From NCBI GenBank assembly GCA_000320545.1, contig ADNK01000273.1, forward strand, positions 1 to 41,643: 41,643 nucleotides of DNA, written 5' to 3'. A program made the translations under genes and the position numbers. Of the stretch, positions 11,904-25,239 are shown in pieces (position 1 is the stretch's first letter; each line of letters begins with the position of its first letter). The notes beneath the pieces were generated by a model. That model saw only the letters and a list, made by a program, of their open reading frames with translations. It was not told where the DNA came from and made no database searches. Source of the DNA: Bigelowiella natans CCMP2755 (Eukaryota > Protista > Cercozoa).

Positions 11904-12304
11904 TTTCAAGAGGGTGGATACGAGAAGTGGCGGCTGGTTCCGAAAGAACGTCGATGATGCTGCTGCTGCTGCTGCTGTCTTCTGAAGATGCAATGATTTC
12001 TGCTTGTCGTCCTCTTTATTACGATGGTAATTTCTGTTTTTTTTAACTAGTTTCTTGGTACGACATACTGGTATTTAGTCAGCCGGTAGAGAACCTTCGT
12101 TGCCGTATGAAGAGTTCGTAGGCTATTTTTTGTGACTTACAAAGGATAACTCTTTTATGTTGTCGCAGTTAAAAAATCACAAGCGTTTTTGTACGTCCAG
12201 GCTCCGACTTTCAAATTCCCATATTTTGAATGTCTGCACTCGCTGAACGGAGCTAGGTCTACCATGGGGTTATGATAAGGATGGAGTGATACGGACAACT
12301 TGGA

Positions 12305-14805
12305 ATGTACCTGTGGCCGGAAAAGCATGATGCAAAGAGGATCGTGCGCTTTGTCGTCAACGCTGATGACCTAGGATATGCAACGGAAAGAGATGAAGGG
12401 ATATTGGAAGCAGGTAGTAAACCGTTGCTTACTGTGTGGTTCTATGCCCTTCTTACGGTGGTATTCAGCTTCGAATGGATTGGTCTCATCGGCTAGTGTC
12501 CTTGCTAATGGACAGTCAGCGAACAATGCTTTGAAAAAGTGGGCAAAGGTGAACAAATTCTTTAATCTGACGAAAAAATGAAATGGAGGCACCCAATCGC
12601 AATCGCGGATTCTCTTCCGTCTTTGAAATTGTCTATTCTTTGATATTGCTATTGTTTCTGGTGGTCCCCTTTATCCTAATGGTAGTGGTAGTACAGTATG
12701 CCAATGGCCTTGTCACATAAAGTTAAAGTGTGTAAACTATTCTTCAAAATATCGCACCATTCTCACTAAAAACAGATGTTTGAGTGCATATCCCCACCCT
12801 ATGGCCTGGGATTGCATCTTAACCTCACTGAGGGTCCTCCGATAAGTGATCCGGTTAAAATTTCAAGCCTGCTTATAGAGAAGGAAGACGAAGGGGAGGA
12901 ACATACCAACGGGCGCCTGACCTTCCGGGGGAAATTCGGCTTTGAGAAGGCCGTTGGAGATGGGGTAAAATGTATAGTCAAGCTTGATAGTGATGGTAAT
13001 GGTATTTCCGAACTCGTTTAACAGAATATAATTGCCATCCCGCCCCACAGAAAATCGACATGAAAGATGTGGAGACTGAGCTCAGGGCACAATTGGAGTG
13101 GTTTAGGAAAAACATTGGGTGCTATCCGGACCATGTTGACGGCCACAACCACGCGCATGTTCTTCCCGGTTACTTTAACAATTTCTAATTTTGGAAAAAA
13201 ATATTCTATTTGTACTGTAAATCATTGAACATTGATAACATCAGGAGGGGTTTGTGAGGTTGTGTCGCGATTATGTGCTCGATTTGGAATCCAGTGGGTG
13301 CGCCTTCCACTTGAAAAGGGTGAGACTACATATAGCAGCATGATGACAGGGGTTGTTTATGACCATGGAGAGATGAGGTGTGAGTACTACGGGAGTGGAT
13401 TGCTGCCGTTTTCGTAGACGCATTTGATCCAACGATTGTTTTTTCAAAAAAGTGAGATGAAGAACACGGGACTAACCACGCAAAACCCAGCTTGCCGTCA
13501 GCAGTGCGTCCATTTATCACACTAAGATTTATCATGTTATATCAATCGCCAGATATTTCTCGGAGCTCTTCGGCGTTCCTGCAACGTGTTGTCCAAAACG
13601 CAAAGGTTTTCTGATTGCATGCGTGAATGCGTGCGTGCGTGTGTGTGCGTGTGTGTGTTTGATTTAGATTCTCTGGTTTTTACTGCTACTGTCACTGTCA
13701 CTACCTGAACGGCATCTGATTGTTGCTTCGCCTCAGCGTATCTTTCACACACTATTTCAAATTTTTATTTAGTTTTACAATTGTAAAACACACACTCACT
13801 CACACACGCACGCACGAACGCACGCACACTCACACATATATCTATTAACTCCATGTGGCAGTTCAATGAGAACGTTTTAGCAGTAGCATTGAAGTTTTAC
13901 TATCACACAGAGGGCAAAGAAAATTTTCCATAGTTTCGGCGTGCAGACCAGTGATTTCTTTTTTGGATTGGAACTCATGGGAAAGGTGGAAGATTAATTG
14001 TTATGTTGTTAACCGGCGATCGTATCTGCAATCATGTGGTAAACTGTGATTTATATTTATCACCTAGAATATGACGGAGGCCGGGCTGGAAAAGGTTTTC
14101 AGATCCGTCGCAACGATTGTCAATCACGACAAAACAAACAAGAAAATAGAAGGAAATATTTTCTCAAATGACGACAACAGTAGCAGCCGCGTTTTCACTG
14201 CAGAGCTAATGTGCCATCCTGGTAGTGTGATACATATCACCAATTTAGGAAGACAGCGTCGAATATTCATTTCTCCCTGCTTCGATTGTCTCAATATTAT
14301 ACTCGTCGCATGTAAATACATTGATACTTTGTTCTTAAGAAAAACCTTAAAACCCTGAAATATAGTATAATAATAATGATAATCATCATCATCATGAGAT
14401 AATAGTAATCATACTAACTTCCGGTAGGTTATCCATCTCGCTCTGGTGATGGTTTTTCCAAATCGAATGAAAGGTGGTTGATAGTAGCGTGCTTATTGAC
14501 ACATGCACATATTTATCGATAGTTTAGTCATCAATTGTTCTAGCTTTTGATATCCCGTGACGACATTATTGTTGTTTCTTCTGTTTATTCTCAAAAGGCT
14601 TCATGAATTGAAATGTCTCACTAGCAAGAAGCTGCTACAGCAGGTTGCGGCGATGAAGAAAGTGAAACTTTGTACATATAGACGCCCAGCAATGTCATTA
14701 TCGCTACAACATATTTCCAATACTGCTGTAAACGATGATTCTGATGGGAAAGCCTTGGTGCTGGGAAGTGTTGAAAAACAACTTGCTGGTGTGAGGATGA
14801 AATAA
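12305..14805 (+). CDS. YDJC: YdjC/ChbG-family carbohydrate deacetylase, multi-exon
   Basis: Family motifs occur in order across exons: VVNADDLGY, GLVSSASVLANG, GLGLHLNLTEG, ELRAQLEWF...PDHVDGHNHAH, ELMCHPG(Y), ER(L)HELKCLTS. Confidence 0.9.
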
Positions 14806-15313
14806 CATCGGGCACACTATACATAGTCGCAAATGATCGCAGTTCTATCAGAGAAATACGTAGTATTAGAGTAGAGGCGTATGTATGAAAAAATGCACAT
14901 CAAGTAGATTTCTCTATGTTTGCACATGTAAAGTCTAGCTGTGAAAACGTCAAAATTCCCATGGCGTGTCAATGAGCCGCAAGTAAAGTTGTGAGATAGC
15001 TAGCATTTCAGCTAGACGCAGATGGCTAATCGGGATATTCGGTGCAATAGCCATGCAAATGCAATGCGCGGATCGCCCAGCATGTAATTATTGTAAGCTG
15101 TGTATTACAGTGTGCATGGGTGATGATGCCAGGTAGCGGATTAACCTATAGCCTGATCGTGGACTACCAGCTTGAGCAGCAAATGCTCAGTCTTTCACGT
15201 TTTTGAACAAAGTACAACCATGCTGTAAGCCTGCGCATCCAATTGTGACGATAGGCATCAACTAGCTATATTAAGCTTACATGGTCAAAAAACAACAGTC
15301 TGCCAATTGCAAG

Positions 15314-16559
15314 CTAGGACGCTCGAAAAATACTCGAATCTATCGAAGGCACTCTCGAAATAGGTTCTCGTTCAGGTGTTGAGCTCGTCAGTGTCTTGTC
15401 CATCGAGTTACTGGCTTCTGCGACGTCAATTACTATTACAGTGATGTCATCACACGACATTCTTTGTAAATTACGTTGTGTACGTACCAACGCTTCTACA
15501 GCCAGCACACGGGATATAACAGCACTATTTTTATCGCCATGTTTCTTCATCAACCTCTCTGCACCTTCATTATCAATAATCCTCCATAGCCCGTCAGAGG
15601 CTACTACAATCCTCGCGTTCTCATCCTTCCCAACGACATAGTCGACAATTTCTGGTGTCGCTATACATGCCTTAGAGCAGTATTCGTCACCAATAGAACG
15701 TGTCATGGTAATACTTAAAGATCCAAAAGCCGGCTCCTCGGCATATAAGGCAGTATGTCCTACAGGACGGTTGATGCGATTGAGTCTTTTCGAAACATAT
15801 GCTCCTCCATGTTTCTCATGATGTTGCCGAATACGTTTCAACTCATCCTTCCTCTCCAAACTGTGGTCCTTCGACAGCTCTCTAGATACTAGGGACCGCT
15901 TGCCGCTGAAGGCGAGAGCCCTGCAATCTCCCACCCAAGCACAACGAATGTGCCTTGAACCATCTTCGAGCTTGGTGATGAAGATGCTAGTCGCTGCTGC
16001 TCCTGCGTAGGGAAATAGCTCTCTGCTCGCGTTGTCCATTTTTTGGAACATGTCTGTTATAACTTTCTTAGGCACGAGACCGTCGGTGCTACTGCCCTTT
16101 GCTTGCTGCATAATCGTTTTGGTCATGTGTTCACGCAAATAGTCTGCAACTTCACTACTACCATGCCCGTCGTAAACACCAATACATAGAGTATCAGAAG
16201 CTTTCTTGTAATTTACGGTCCCCTCTGCGACGCTGCTACCCGATTGCATGGAGTATCTATCCTCATCCTTTGATGCAGCCAGCTGAGGTATTAATTAAAG
16301 TGTTTTAAAGAAGATAAACAGCCGCATTCAACTATTTAATTCAAAGAGGAATACATGACATCACCAAAGCAAATATGCAGATGCTTCCAAACTAATTTTA
16401 GTTGCGCACCTGAGCTGCAGAGTAAGTAATCCCTAATTCGGTAGACTCATCTGTTTGAGCCCTCAGGCTCACTGCTTTCACACCCAATGCTTCTCTTCGC
16501 ATATTAATCTTTGACATGTACTCGGGAATGGTTCTGGAGGAGAATGCCCCTTGACCCAT
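15314..16559 (-). CDS. PP2C/PPM-family protein phosphatase, two exons (16559-16410, 16282-15314)
   Basis: Motifs EDRY, GVYDGHG, AWVGDCR, LSKDH, MTRSIGD, VVASDGLW and DDITVIVI. The ATG at 16559 has an in-frame stop just upstream. A phase-0 GT-AG intron joins the exons in frame. Confidence 0.92.
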
Positions 16560-17129
16560 GGTTTATCGTAACTTGGACAGCCCCCTGGTGAAATGGAGGT
16601 GGAGGTGGTGTTATCGTTATCGTTTCGATTTGTCTGTTCCCGAAGAGATGGATGAGAATGTATGATCCTTCTTCATCTGACGACAACGAAAAATACTGAA
16701 AAATGCAAAAAATGTCACCTGTTTTAGAAACTTCTACACAACCCAGCATCTGTTTCTGGAAGAAGACCAGCAGTTTGGAGCTCTTATGAGCAATCTGTGA
16801 GAGACGTGTCTAGTTTTTGAGCAGCGGAACTTTGAGATTTTCTTTGCACCACAATTGTCAAAGGTCTGCCGATATTTTCCACTTTAAGACTGAACAAAAT
16901 GTATGTCGCATGGAAGTTTCGATCTCTTTTTCGTGTGATGTCTGAGTTTTCATGCTCGATGGTTCAATGAAACTTCGCAGCGATGAACAGCCAGGAAGTA
17001 TCATATGTTAGAAAAAAGATGTGTTTTCCTGGTTTTTCCCTTCGTTTTTCCTCGATAGAAAAGGAAGAAAAAGCTGTCGATGTAGACAATAAATGCCTAG
17101 AAATGCCACCAACATTTCCGTATTTTGTC

Positions 17130-17186
17130 TGCTGAAATCCGAAGGAAGAAGGAAGAAATCAGGAAATCAGGAAATCCTGAAATCCC
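17130..17186. repeat. Short GAAATC-containing tandem repeats in the PP2C/separase divergent spacer
   Basis: 'ctgaaatcc gaaggaagaaggaagaaatc aggaaatc aggaaatc ctgaaatcc'. Confidence 0.55.
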
Positions 17187-17625
17187 TCACTTTTCTGCTC
17201 TTCGTGACGAAAGAAACTGATGAAAAATATCAATCGCTAATAATGAATCTGCGACATCTTTCTGGATGTCGTAGGAATTATATCTACGATAATTTCCCAT
17301 GGTAGTGTGTTATCCTTTGAGACTGAGGAACATTTATGTCGCAAGGAAAAAACTCCATGTATTCACCCAATGTTCCATTGGCGGGAAGGCATTTGCGTTC
17401 AGTTCTAACAGGGTCGGTCAACGAGTAGTGTCGTTCGAGAGCAGGGAAAGGCTGCGGGTGAGCACTGTGTTAGCTTTCTGCACACTATAAAGCACGGACA
17501 CCCAAATTGTATTCTAGCCAAAAGACTGCATGTTTGCTACACGCCCTAGTTGCATACAAAAACAGACACATGGTACATAGGCATAGCAAACATTAAAGAA
17601 GCACAACTGCTCCATATCACAGGCT

Positions 17626-19695
17626 ATGCCAAGACCTCGAGCGGCCACTCGCCGTCAAGGCTCCAACCTTCGGCGTAGAGATGGTAATATTCTGCCTGAG
17701 GACAAAGGGAAAGGGCAAAAGGAAAAACTGGAGAAGGCGGCTGAGAGAAAGGGACAAAAGTCGAAGCAGGATAGGGCGATTATTTCCAAGGCTCTCGGGT
17801 TGCTAGACTCGATGGAGACTATCGTTTCTGATTCCCCCAATAAGGAAAATGCCATGGCTCTATTTTCAAAGATGAAGGTGGTGGTACATCTTTCAAATGT
17901 ATCGATTTTCACATCATTGAAGGCATAAACACTTTATCCAGGCAAAGTTGAAGACTGCAAATTCAACAGCTATTGTCGCTCTTGTTTACTATAATGTTGC
18001 CATATTGCTCCACAACCAAAGAATGCACGTACAGGCTGCAGGACTTTTGGGGTATAGAAACGTTTACGCATTAATGTTTGCCGGCCGCTGATTGTTTTTG
18101 CATCCTAACTTACTAGGGATGCAGCAAAACTGTATAAACTCCACAATTCAACAAGTCATGCAATAAAAACTACGAAGATAAGGGCAAAATGCCTCATCTC
18201 TGAAGCTCGAAAACATTACCCCGGCAACCCAGATGTCGCAATTTCTCACTTATCTACTGCTATAGCATCGCTCCAAGGACTTGAAAGCGCAGACTCTGTG
18301 ACATACGAACTTGCGGCAGCATACCTGTGGCGTGGATTGTGTAAAAGGGAGATTAGTACCCAAAAGAGCACAACTGATGGAGACAATCCGATAGGGAACG
18401 AGAATGCTATTGAGGACGTGAGGCAGGGGCTATCACTCCTTGAGTCAAAAAAAGAGGTCATAAAACAAGTGCAAGGTATGGATATGGACAACGATAAAAT
18501 GACTTTTTGTCAACCAACCAGGTTTCCAAGCTGCAATCACTTATCAGCCCTCTATTGAATGCGGAGGGGCTTCTTGGTCTCCTATCTAAGTTCGATGAGC
18601 AGGTTAAATGAAGAAACGCGTGTATTTGATTGAAGCTCATATATGGCTACTGCAGGCGTCTGCTCTTGGCATTTTGAGGGTTGCACACGAGCCTATTAAT
18701 GCAGAATCGCTCCCCATCCACGCACAGCTTCTCTTCTCGCAGGCTCGAGCATATTCAGCAGCTCTAAATACGGAAAATGGTAAATAAACAATCTTCAATT
18801 GAACTTGCAAAAATACTAACTTAATGCTTGTTGTGTATTTCCTCATAGCCATTGCCCTAAGTACTGCGGCTCGAAAGATTTTATCCAAGTTCAAAGCGGT
18901 CAAGATATCCCTCTCCAAGGCCCACCCAGCACTTATTGCAGCGCATGTGCTGTGTGCTGCATTCTCAACTGATCAGGGCAATGCAGAAGCTGGAAGCGCA
19001 GTAGCGCAAGAAGTTGCCAATTCTCTGCAATCAGCAATCGGCCGTGGACTAAATCACGAAATGCATGCTACGACAGCGACAAAACCGGAGGCAAAAACAA
19101 AGACATCAAGCGGTGACCTATTGCTATTGGCCACGGCCTATCGCGAGCTAGCTCGGGCCTTGTGCACAGGTGGCACGAGGCTTGCAGATGCAGCTGCATG
19201 TGCAGCTCAGGCTGTAGACATCGTTGGCGTTCTGATGTCGAGGATGGGCTCTCTTTCCAACAAAAAGCACGGAATCCCAGTCTCGAAATTCCGTGCTTGC
19301 ATGGAAATTGCAAGGATCTTGGAGACGGCGGGGAGAATCTGGGAAATCATTGGAGACTGTGATCGAGCTCAACACTATTTAAAGACCGCTGAGACCGTGC
19401 TCACGGCAGAAGACGGAAAAAAATCTATGGTCGGCATTGTTCTCGCTCTCGCGCGGTTGCGACTTGCACGAAGAATGGGGCGTGTGCAAGAGGCTAGGGC
19501 AGACCTCGAGGAGCTGAAAGTGCTCGATGTCGAAAGCAGCAATAAGGAAAAAGAAGAAGAAGAAGAAGAAGATGAGGATGAGGAAATGGAAGATATATGT
19601 CAGGACTATGGTTGGGAAGAGTTAAGAGTTGAACGCTTGCTGCAGCTGGTAAGCAAATGCCGTACGAAAGCATCCAAGATAGAAAGAAATAAAGA

Positions 19696-19732
<37 letters not shown>

Positions 19733-19751
19733 AAACAGGAAAAAATCATAA

Positions 19752-19787
<36 letters not shown>

Positions 19788-20303
19788 GCACGCACACACA
19801 CAAATACTATATATTTTATATATATCACATATAGATATTACTACCACTATAATCTTGTACATATACTGTATATATTTTGCAGGGCAGTCTGGAATCTTCG
19901 ATCTCCAGCGATGAGCAGGGAGGTGCGAAATGGTTCAAAGAGGCCTTAAACCGGACATATGGGGATAGTAGACTCCAGCAGCTTCCATCTCTTCTTCGAG
20001 CCCGTGTGATTTCAAAAACATGGTGAAACTACATTCCTTGTCCATCCCTTGTTTTCTTTCTTTCGCTGATAATATTCGGCCTCTTCCTGTCTCACCGCTT
20101 GCTGCAACCTCCTTTTCCCCGTGCAATTAAACTGTAATGTCGCATATAGGCCAGCAGACATGGAAAGAATGGAAGAGATGAGGAAGATAGTCGAAGGTGG
20201 TGAGATGGGAGGAGAATTAATTGCCTCTGGAATCCTTCACTCGGGTGCCGCCATGTTTCTCGAAAGAGACTACCAACGCGCCAAGGTTGCTGCTAAAAGG
20301 AAT

Positions 20304-20336
<33 letters not shown>

Positions 20337-21366
20337 GAAACAATTGCATGAATACAAATGACGCACCTCTTACAAGATTCAATTCTCGTCGAGTATTGCC
20401 TTTATATCCTTCATATGCTTCTCTATCAAAACTATCAAACTGATGAGGCTTGTTCTGCTTACTTGTGTGTTGTTTGTGTGATCTTCTTCCTCTGCTGTGT
20501 TGTGTGTGTGTGTGTGTGTGTGATTAGCTCCTGTATCTCTACGGCAACACACTTCAACGCCCCCAATCGATATTTTCTTCCCTGGATGTAGGCCTCTCAC
20601 GTGGGCTGCCTTCAGCAATCAGATCGATCCTCTCGCTTGCTGATAGCAGTAGTACCACAACCTCTTCTGTTGGAGAAGCTAAAGGGAATATCGGGGCGGC
20701 GAAGGAGAAAAAGCAAAAGAAGAAGAAGAAGCCGTCTGTGAAGAAGAGAAAACCCAGTCGACGACGTAAGGGAAGAAGTACAAATGAAGACATTGAAGAA
20801 GCGACAGCAACAGACGAGAAACGGCACCAAAACCATCACTTCTTAGTTTCTCCTCTGCATCTTCATGCACAGGATTGTCGTGGTGACAGCGCCCATGAGG
20901 ATGCTGATTCGGCTCTTCTCAAGCAGTTTGCAGAGATGTCACTCAAGAAGAACAAGGGCGGTAAGAGGAGAAATACAGCTGTTAGAAGCGCTAGATCGAA
21001 ACCGAGTGAAGAGGCATCATCATCATGCTCTCCCCAAACATCGTCGATGAGCACAATGGCGGCTCTAATCCATGGATCCACAGGGGTCCTACCTCGCCAG
21101 CACGCCATGATTGCTAGGCAGGAAGCGCGTCTCTTGGCAGCTTCTAGAGGGGAGGCGGCGGACGTAGACAAAAACGACGATGATGACGACGACGACGATA
21201 ATGATAACACTACTACCAGTGTATCTTCAAGCTCCTCTTCGATTATGCAGTTTTGTTCCAGTGCTATGGTCGAGGCGGAAAGACTAGAAAAACTTAGAAG
21301 GGACTTGCTTCCTCCGGATTGGACAGTCTGCTCGATACATGTGAGAGAGAAGAGAAGAATCCTCCG

Positions 21367-21403
<37 letters not shown>

Positions 21404-21429
21404 CATACTGTCTAAATGCGACGTACTTT

Positions 21430-21466
<37 letters not shown>

Positions 21467-22205
21467 AAGATTGGAAATGATGGCAAGTCCTTGGTGGTAA
21501 CCCGCATGTCTGGCGGTACTGACCTGCCAGCTTCTCCCCTAGCAATGAAGATTCGACCTCCCCTCTCCTCCTCCTCCTCCTCTGAAAGTGAAGAAGGCGC
21601 AAGCCGGATAGCAACTATTCACAATGCTCTCAAAGAAATGGATAGGATCCTGCAGGCCAGCGACAAGCTTAACAACGTGCTCTGATGATAATAATATCAA
21701 ATCAGATATCGTCATCGTCGTCGTCGTCGTCTTCGCATTGTTGTTACTTTGCAGTAGTGATTTTGGCAGTTGTGAAAACAATAAATGACATCCCACTAAT
21801 ATGAAGGAGCATGATACTCTACCTCCTTGCGTTGTCTCCCGACACCATCCATCCATTGACTGATCGATTGATTGATTCAATGATTGATCGATCCTAAATG
21901 ATCTAAACTAGGACGCCAAGGCTGCAGGTCGTGGGAAGATGAAGTCTAAGGAGAAGAAGAGCTGGTGGACTGCCAAACGACAATTGGACAAGGACCTAGA
22001 TGTCAGTAGTAGTAGTAGTAGTAGTAGTTGTTGTTGTTGTTGTAGTATTTGCAGTAATATCAGTAGTAGCATATAAGCCTGCCTGCTGCTGCTGCCTTTT
22101 CTTTCTTTCTCCGCTCTTAGATAGGCACTCCTACCATAGCTTCCTTTAACAACATGTCCATAGCGATTCTTCTGTAAATTCTGATTTCCCGTCATCTTCT
22201 TCAAT

Positions 22206-22264
<59 letters not shown>

Positions 22265-23773
22265 GTGCAGATATTGACAGAGGGCCTGCTCTCCCAAGTT
22301 TTTGGCCCAGCTGATGGCGTCCTGGAACCCCTTCCATCCCTATCGAGAAAACGTGCTAGCCTCTTCTCGCAAGCTCTAGCAATTGCCAAGGAGACAGCCT
22401 TACCACCACAGCTCACTCTCCTCATGCTCCTGACTTCTTCATCGTTGGGGGGAGATAGAGAAGGAGGAGGAGGAGGAATGGCGGAAGGAAAGGCACCTGC
22501 GGATTCGCTGCTGAACTTGTGCAAAAACTTTCTCGAGCAAGCAGCAGGCAAAGCCACCAATCATCTGACAAATGAGGCTGCTCTCGCCGAGATGGTTCGT
22601 CAGGCTAAAGCTAAACTGGAAAGTGATGATCTAAATGATGATGAGGAGCAGGAGGAGGAGGAGAAGAAATCACGAAAGTGTGGTCCTGTTGTTCTCGTCC
22701 TAGGAGAAGGGTAATTATTATGATAGTATATATCATAATAACCGAGAGATATGCTTGTTTCTGTGTTTTTGAGTTTTCGTTGTGTCCGAATACCCCTTCA
22801 CTACTTCAATCGCAGCATTCCAGCATCATCTTAGTTTATTCTACCACCGATCTGATTTCCCCCCCCCTCCTCTTCCCCCCCTCGCTCTCCCTTCATCTCT
22901 CCTTTTTTCTTGGCACCAAAACCGAAATCTGCTGCTGTGAAGATTGCATGGATTACCGTGGGAGATGTGCAGTCAACTTCGCGGAAGGGAAGTGACGCGT
23001 GTGCCCTCGATTCACTTTCTTTACGAAAAGCTAATAAGAAGTAGTAAGGGACAACGGCGGCCAAGGTGATGCATTGCATGGATTACGACCATCGTGTGAA
23101 TGCCGTGTACATAGGGATAAGTATCTTGTGTGCGTTTGCGTGTGGTACGTAGTAGCAGGGGGGTGACCCCGCTGAGATGGAAAAAAGCTTTCTACGTACT
23201 GAATCCCCAAAAGGATCTCATCACTACAGAGGTATCAGACACCGCTGTTCTTTCATTACATTAGACTTGCCCGTTTTTTCCCATTATTAACGCATGGAAA
23301 ATAATAATACGTTCAGGCAACGTTCAAGAAAAAATTTTCCCGTGAGGAGGGCTGGCGTGGTGTTTGTGGTACTATCATGCTTTTATGCATATTTTATTGG
23401 CACGATGCGACCTTTAACGATCACATGCTTGGAAGAGCCAGAACCCCATAATTCCTGTTGCTTGCAGTATCTAAGAATGAATATATCGATTTGTATATTG
23501 TATGGCGTAGCCTTCGTGCTTTTGTGCATCATCATCTATCCGCTCCCTATAATTGGTATGAAATCCGGTGTTGTTACCAGGTGAAGCCCCGAGCAAGAGG
23601 GACGTGGGGTCTGCGCTTGAAGATCACGATCTCTACGTGTATTGTGGACATAGTAACGGATCAAGGTACGACGACGAGCAACCTGTTTTTGCATTCACCT
23701 TTGCCTGCAAAGAGATAGTGTAGGTAGTGGTGGTGGTGATAGTAGAGTGAAGAAGCAACGGACGATGATGAAA

Positions 23774-23811
<38 letters not shown>

Positions 23812-25037
23812 AGTGACAATTGGTGACAATTTGACAAAGAGCTGAAGTGAGCTGTGTCAAGCTACTCTGCGTGTAGCTTCTTGCCTCCAAATAGCGTACA
23901 CCTGTGTTTGGCACAGATATGCACAGACGAGTACACAACGTACAAACATGATGTGGTCCCTGCATAGGTACCTACCTGGATGGGAAATTCGCAAGCTTCG
24001 AGGAAGAGCTGTGGCCCTCCTCATGGGTCGGAACAAATCGATTTGATGTTGTCGCAGTTGAGCAAATACATTTGCACATAGTCATCATATGATGCCAATG
24101 ATGAATATTTTCATTCCTTCTGCTGCTGCTTGCGCGCGTATATTTGGTATTTGATGGCATGTACATACAGGATGCTCAAGTGGGCGTTTGAGGACGGAGG
24201 GGGTCTATCCAGCACATGGCATTGTGAACGATTTGCTCATTGCGGGATGGTGCGACAATAGATAGTGATGAACATAATAGCTACAAGGGCTTTTCCTTAT
24301 CGTCTACGAATTGTGTACCGAGATTTGTGCGTGCGGTAACGAATTGTGGTGTTTTCATCCTGTTGTCAATTCTTTCGGAGATACTATGATGGTCCAAAAA
24401 TGAGTGGAATCGTTTGTGCGTTTTCTCATTCTAAAATTTAAAAGACGATGGAGATGGGGAGGGGAGGTGCGAGAGAAAAGAAAGTCAGAAGAGGAGTCAT
24501 GTATTGTTTATGTTCTAATTGCTGCCACATTGCCCTCGTTTGTTTAGCCCTGCGGTGATTGCTAATCTCTGGGATGTGACCGACAAAGACATTGATCGGT
24601 TCTGTGAATCAGTAATGGATCTTCTAAAGAATGGTCGTTCACTCAATGAATCTGTAACGCAATCGCGCGATAAGTTGAGACTTCCCTTCCTCAATGGGGG
24701 GTCTCCTGTTTGCTATGGAATACCGAGAGTTGCATTCTCCACTAAGGAGGAGGATGATTACGACAGCAACGACCATCCCAGGTTTTTCGAAGATAAATGC
24801 GACTACGACGAAAATTTTACAAGCAAGGCAAAGCCGAAGAAATCTCTCGATATAAGTTTGGCTTCCTCCGAGCATCAGGCTAGTGAAGCAACCACGTCTG
24901 TTGCGTCGACAAAAAAATCCTGTAGACGAGTGCGCACATCAGAAGGGAAGCAAAGAACTGAAACTTCTGAAGCCCCGAGGCAAAAGTCTCGATTGAGAAG
25001 AACACGCTCAACTCAAAGTCGGAAAAAACGCGGATGA
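17626..25037 (+). CDS. ESP1: Separase (peptidase C50), many exons
   Basis: The C50 domain assembles from exons: VVLVL, LPWE..., YVLNP.KDL, HDLYVYCGHSNG (His 23649-23651), AVALLMGCSSG (Cys 24173-24175), CPAVIANLWDVTDKDIDRF, LPFLNGGSPVCYGIP. The long helical N-terminal region is on the same strand. The start at 17626 is inferred. Confidence 0.92.
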
Positions 25038-25239
25038 GCCGAATCAGAAAGCTTGAGCTCTGCTTCTTGTCGCAACACTACCAACACGAGGTTTTGAAGT
25101 CAGGAAAACATTCACATGTCATTGTGAAGCACGCGAGTGACAGCAATCTTGCAATGATGACCGCGGTCAATGGTGCTGAACTAGTGAATTGCGCATGCTG
25201 TGCGGTTTTTGACTAGATCTTGGTTGGAAGCTTACACGA

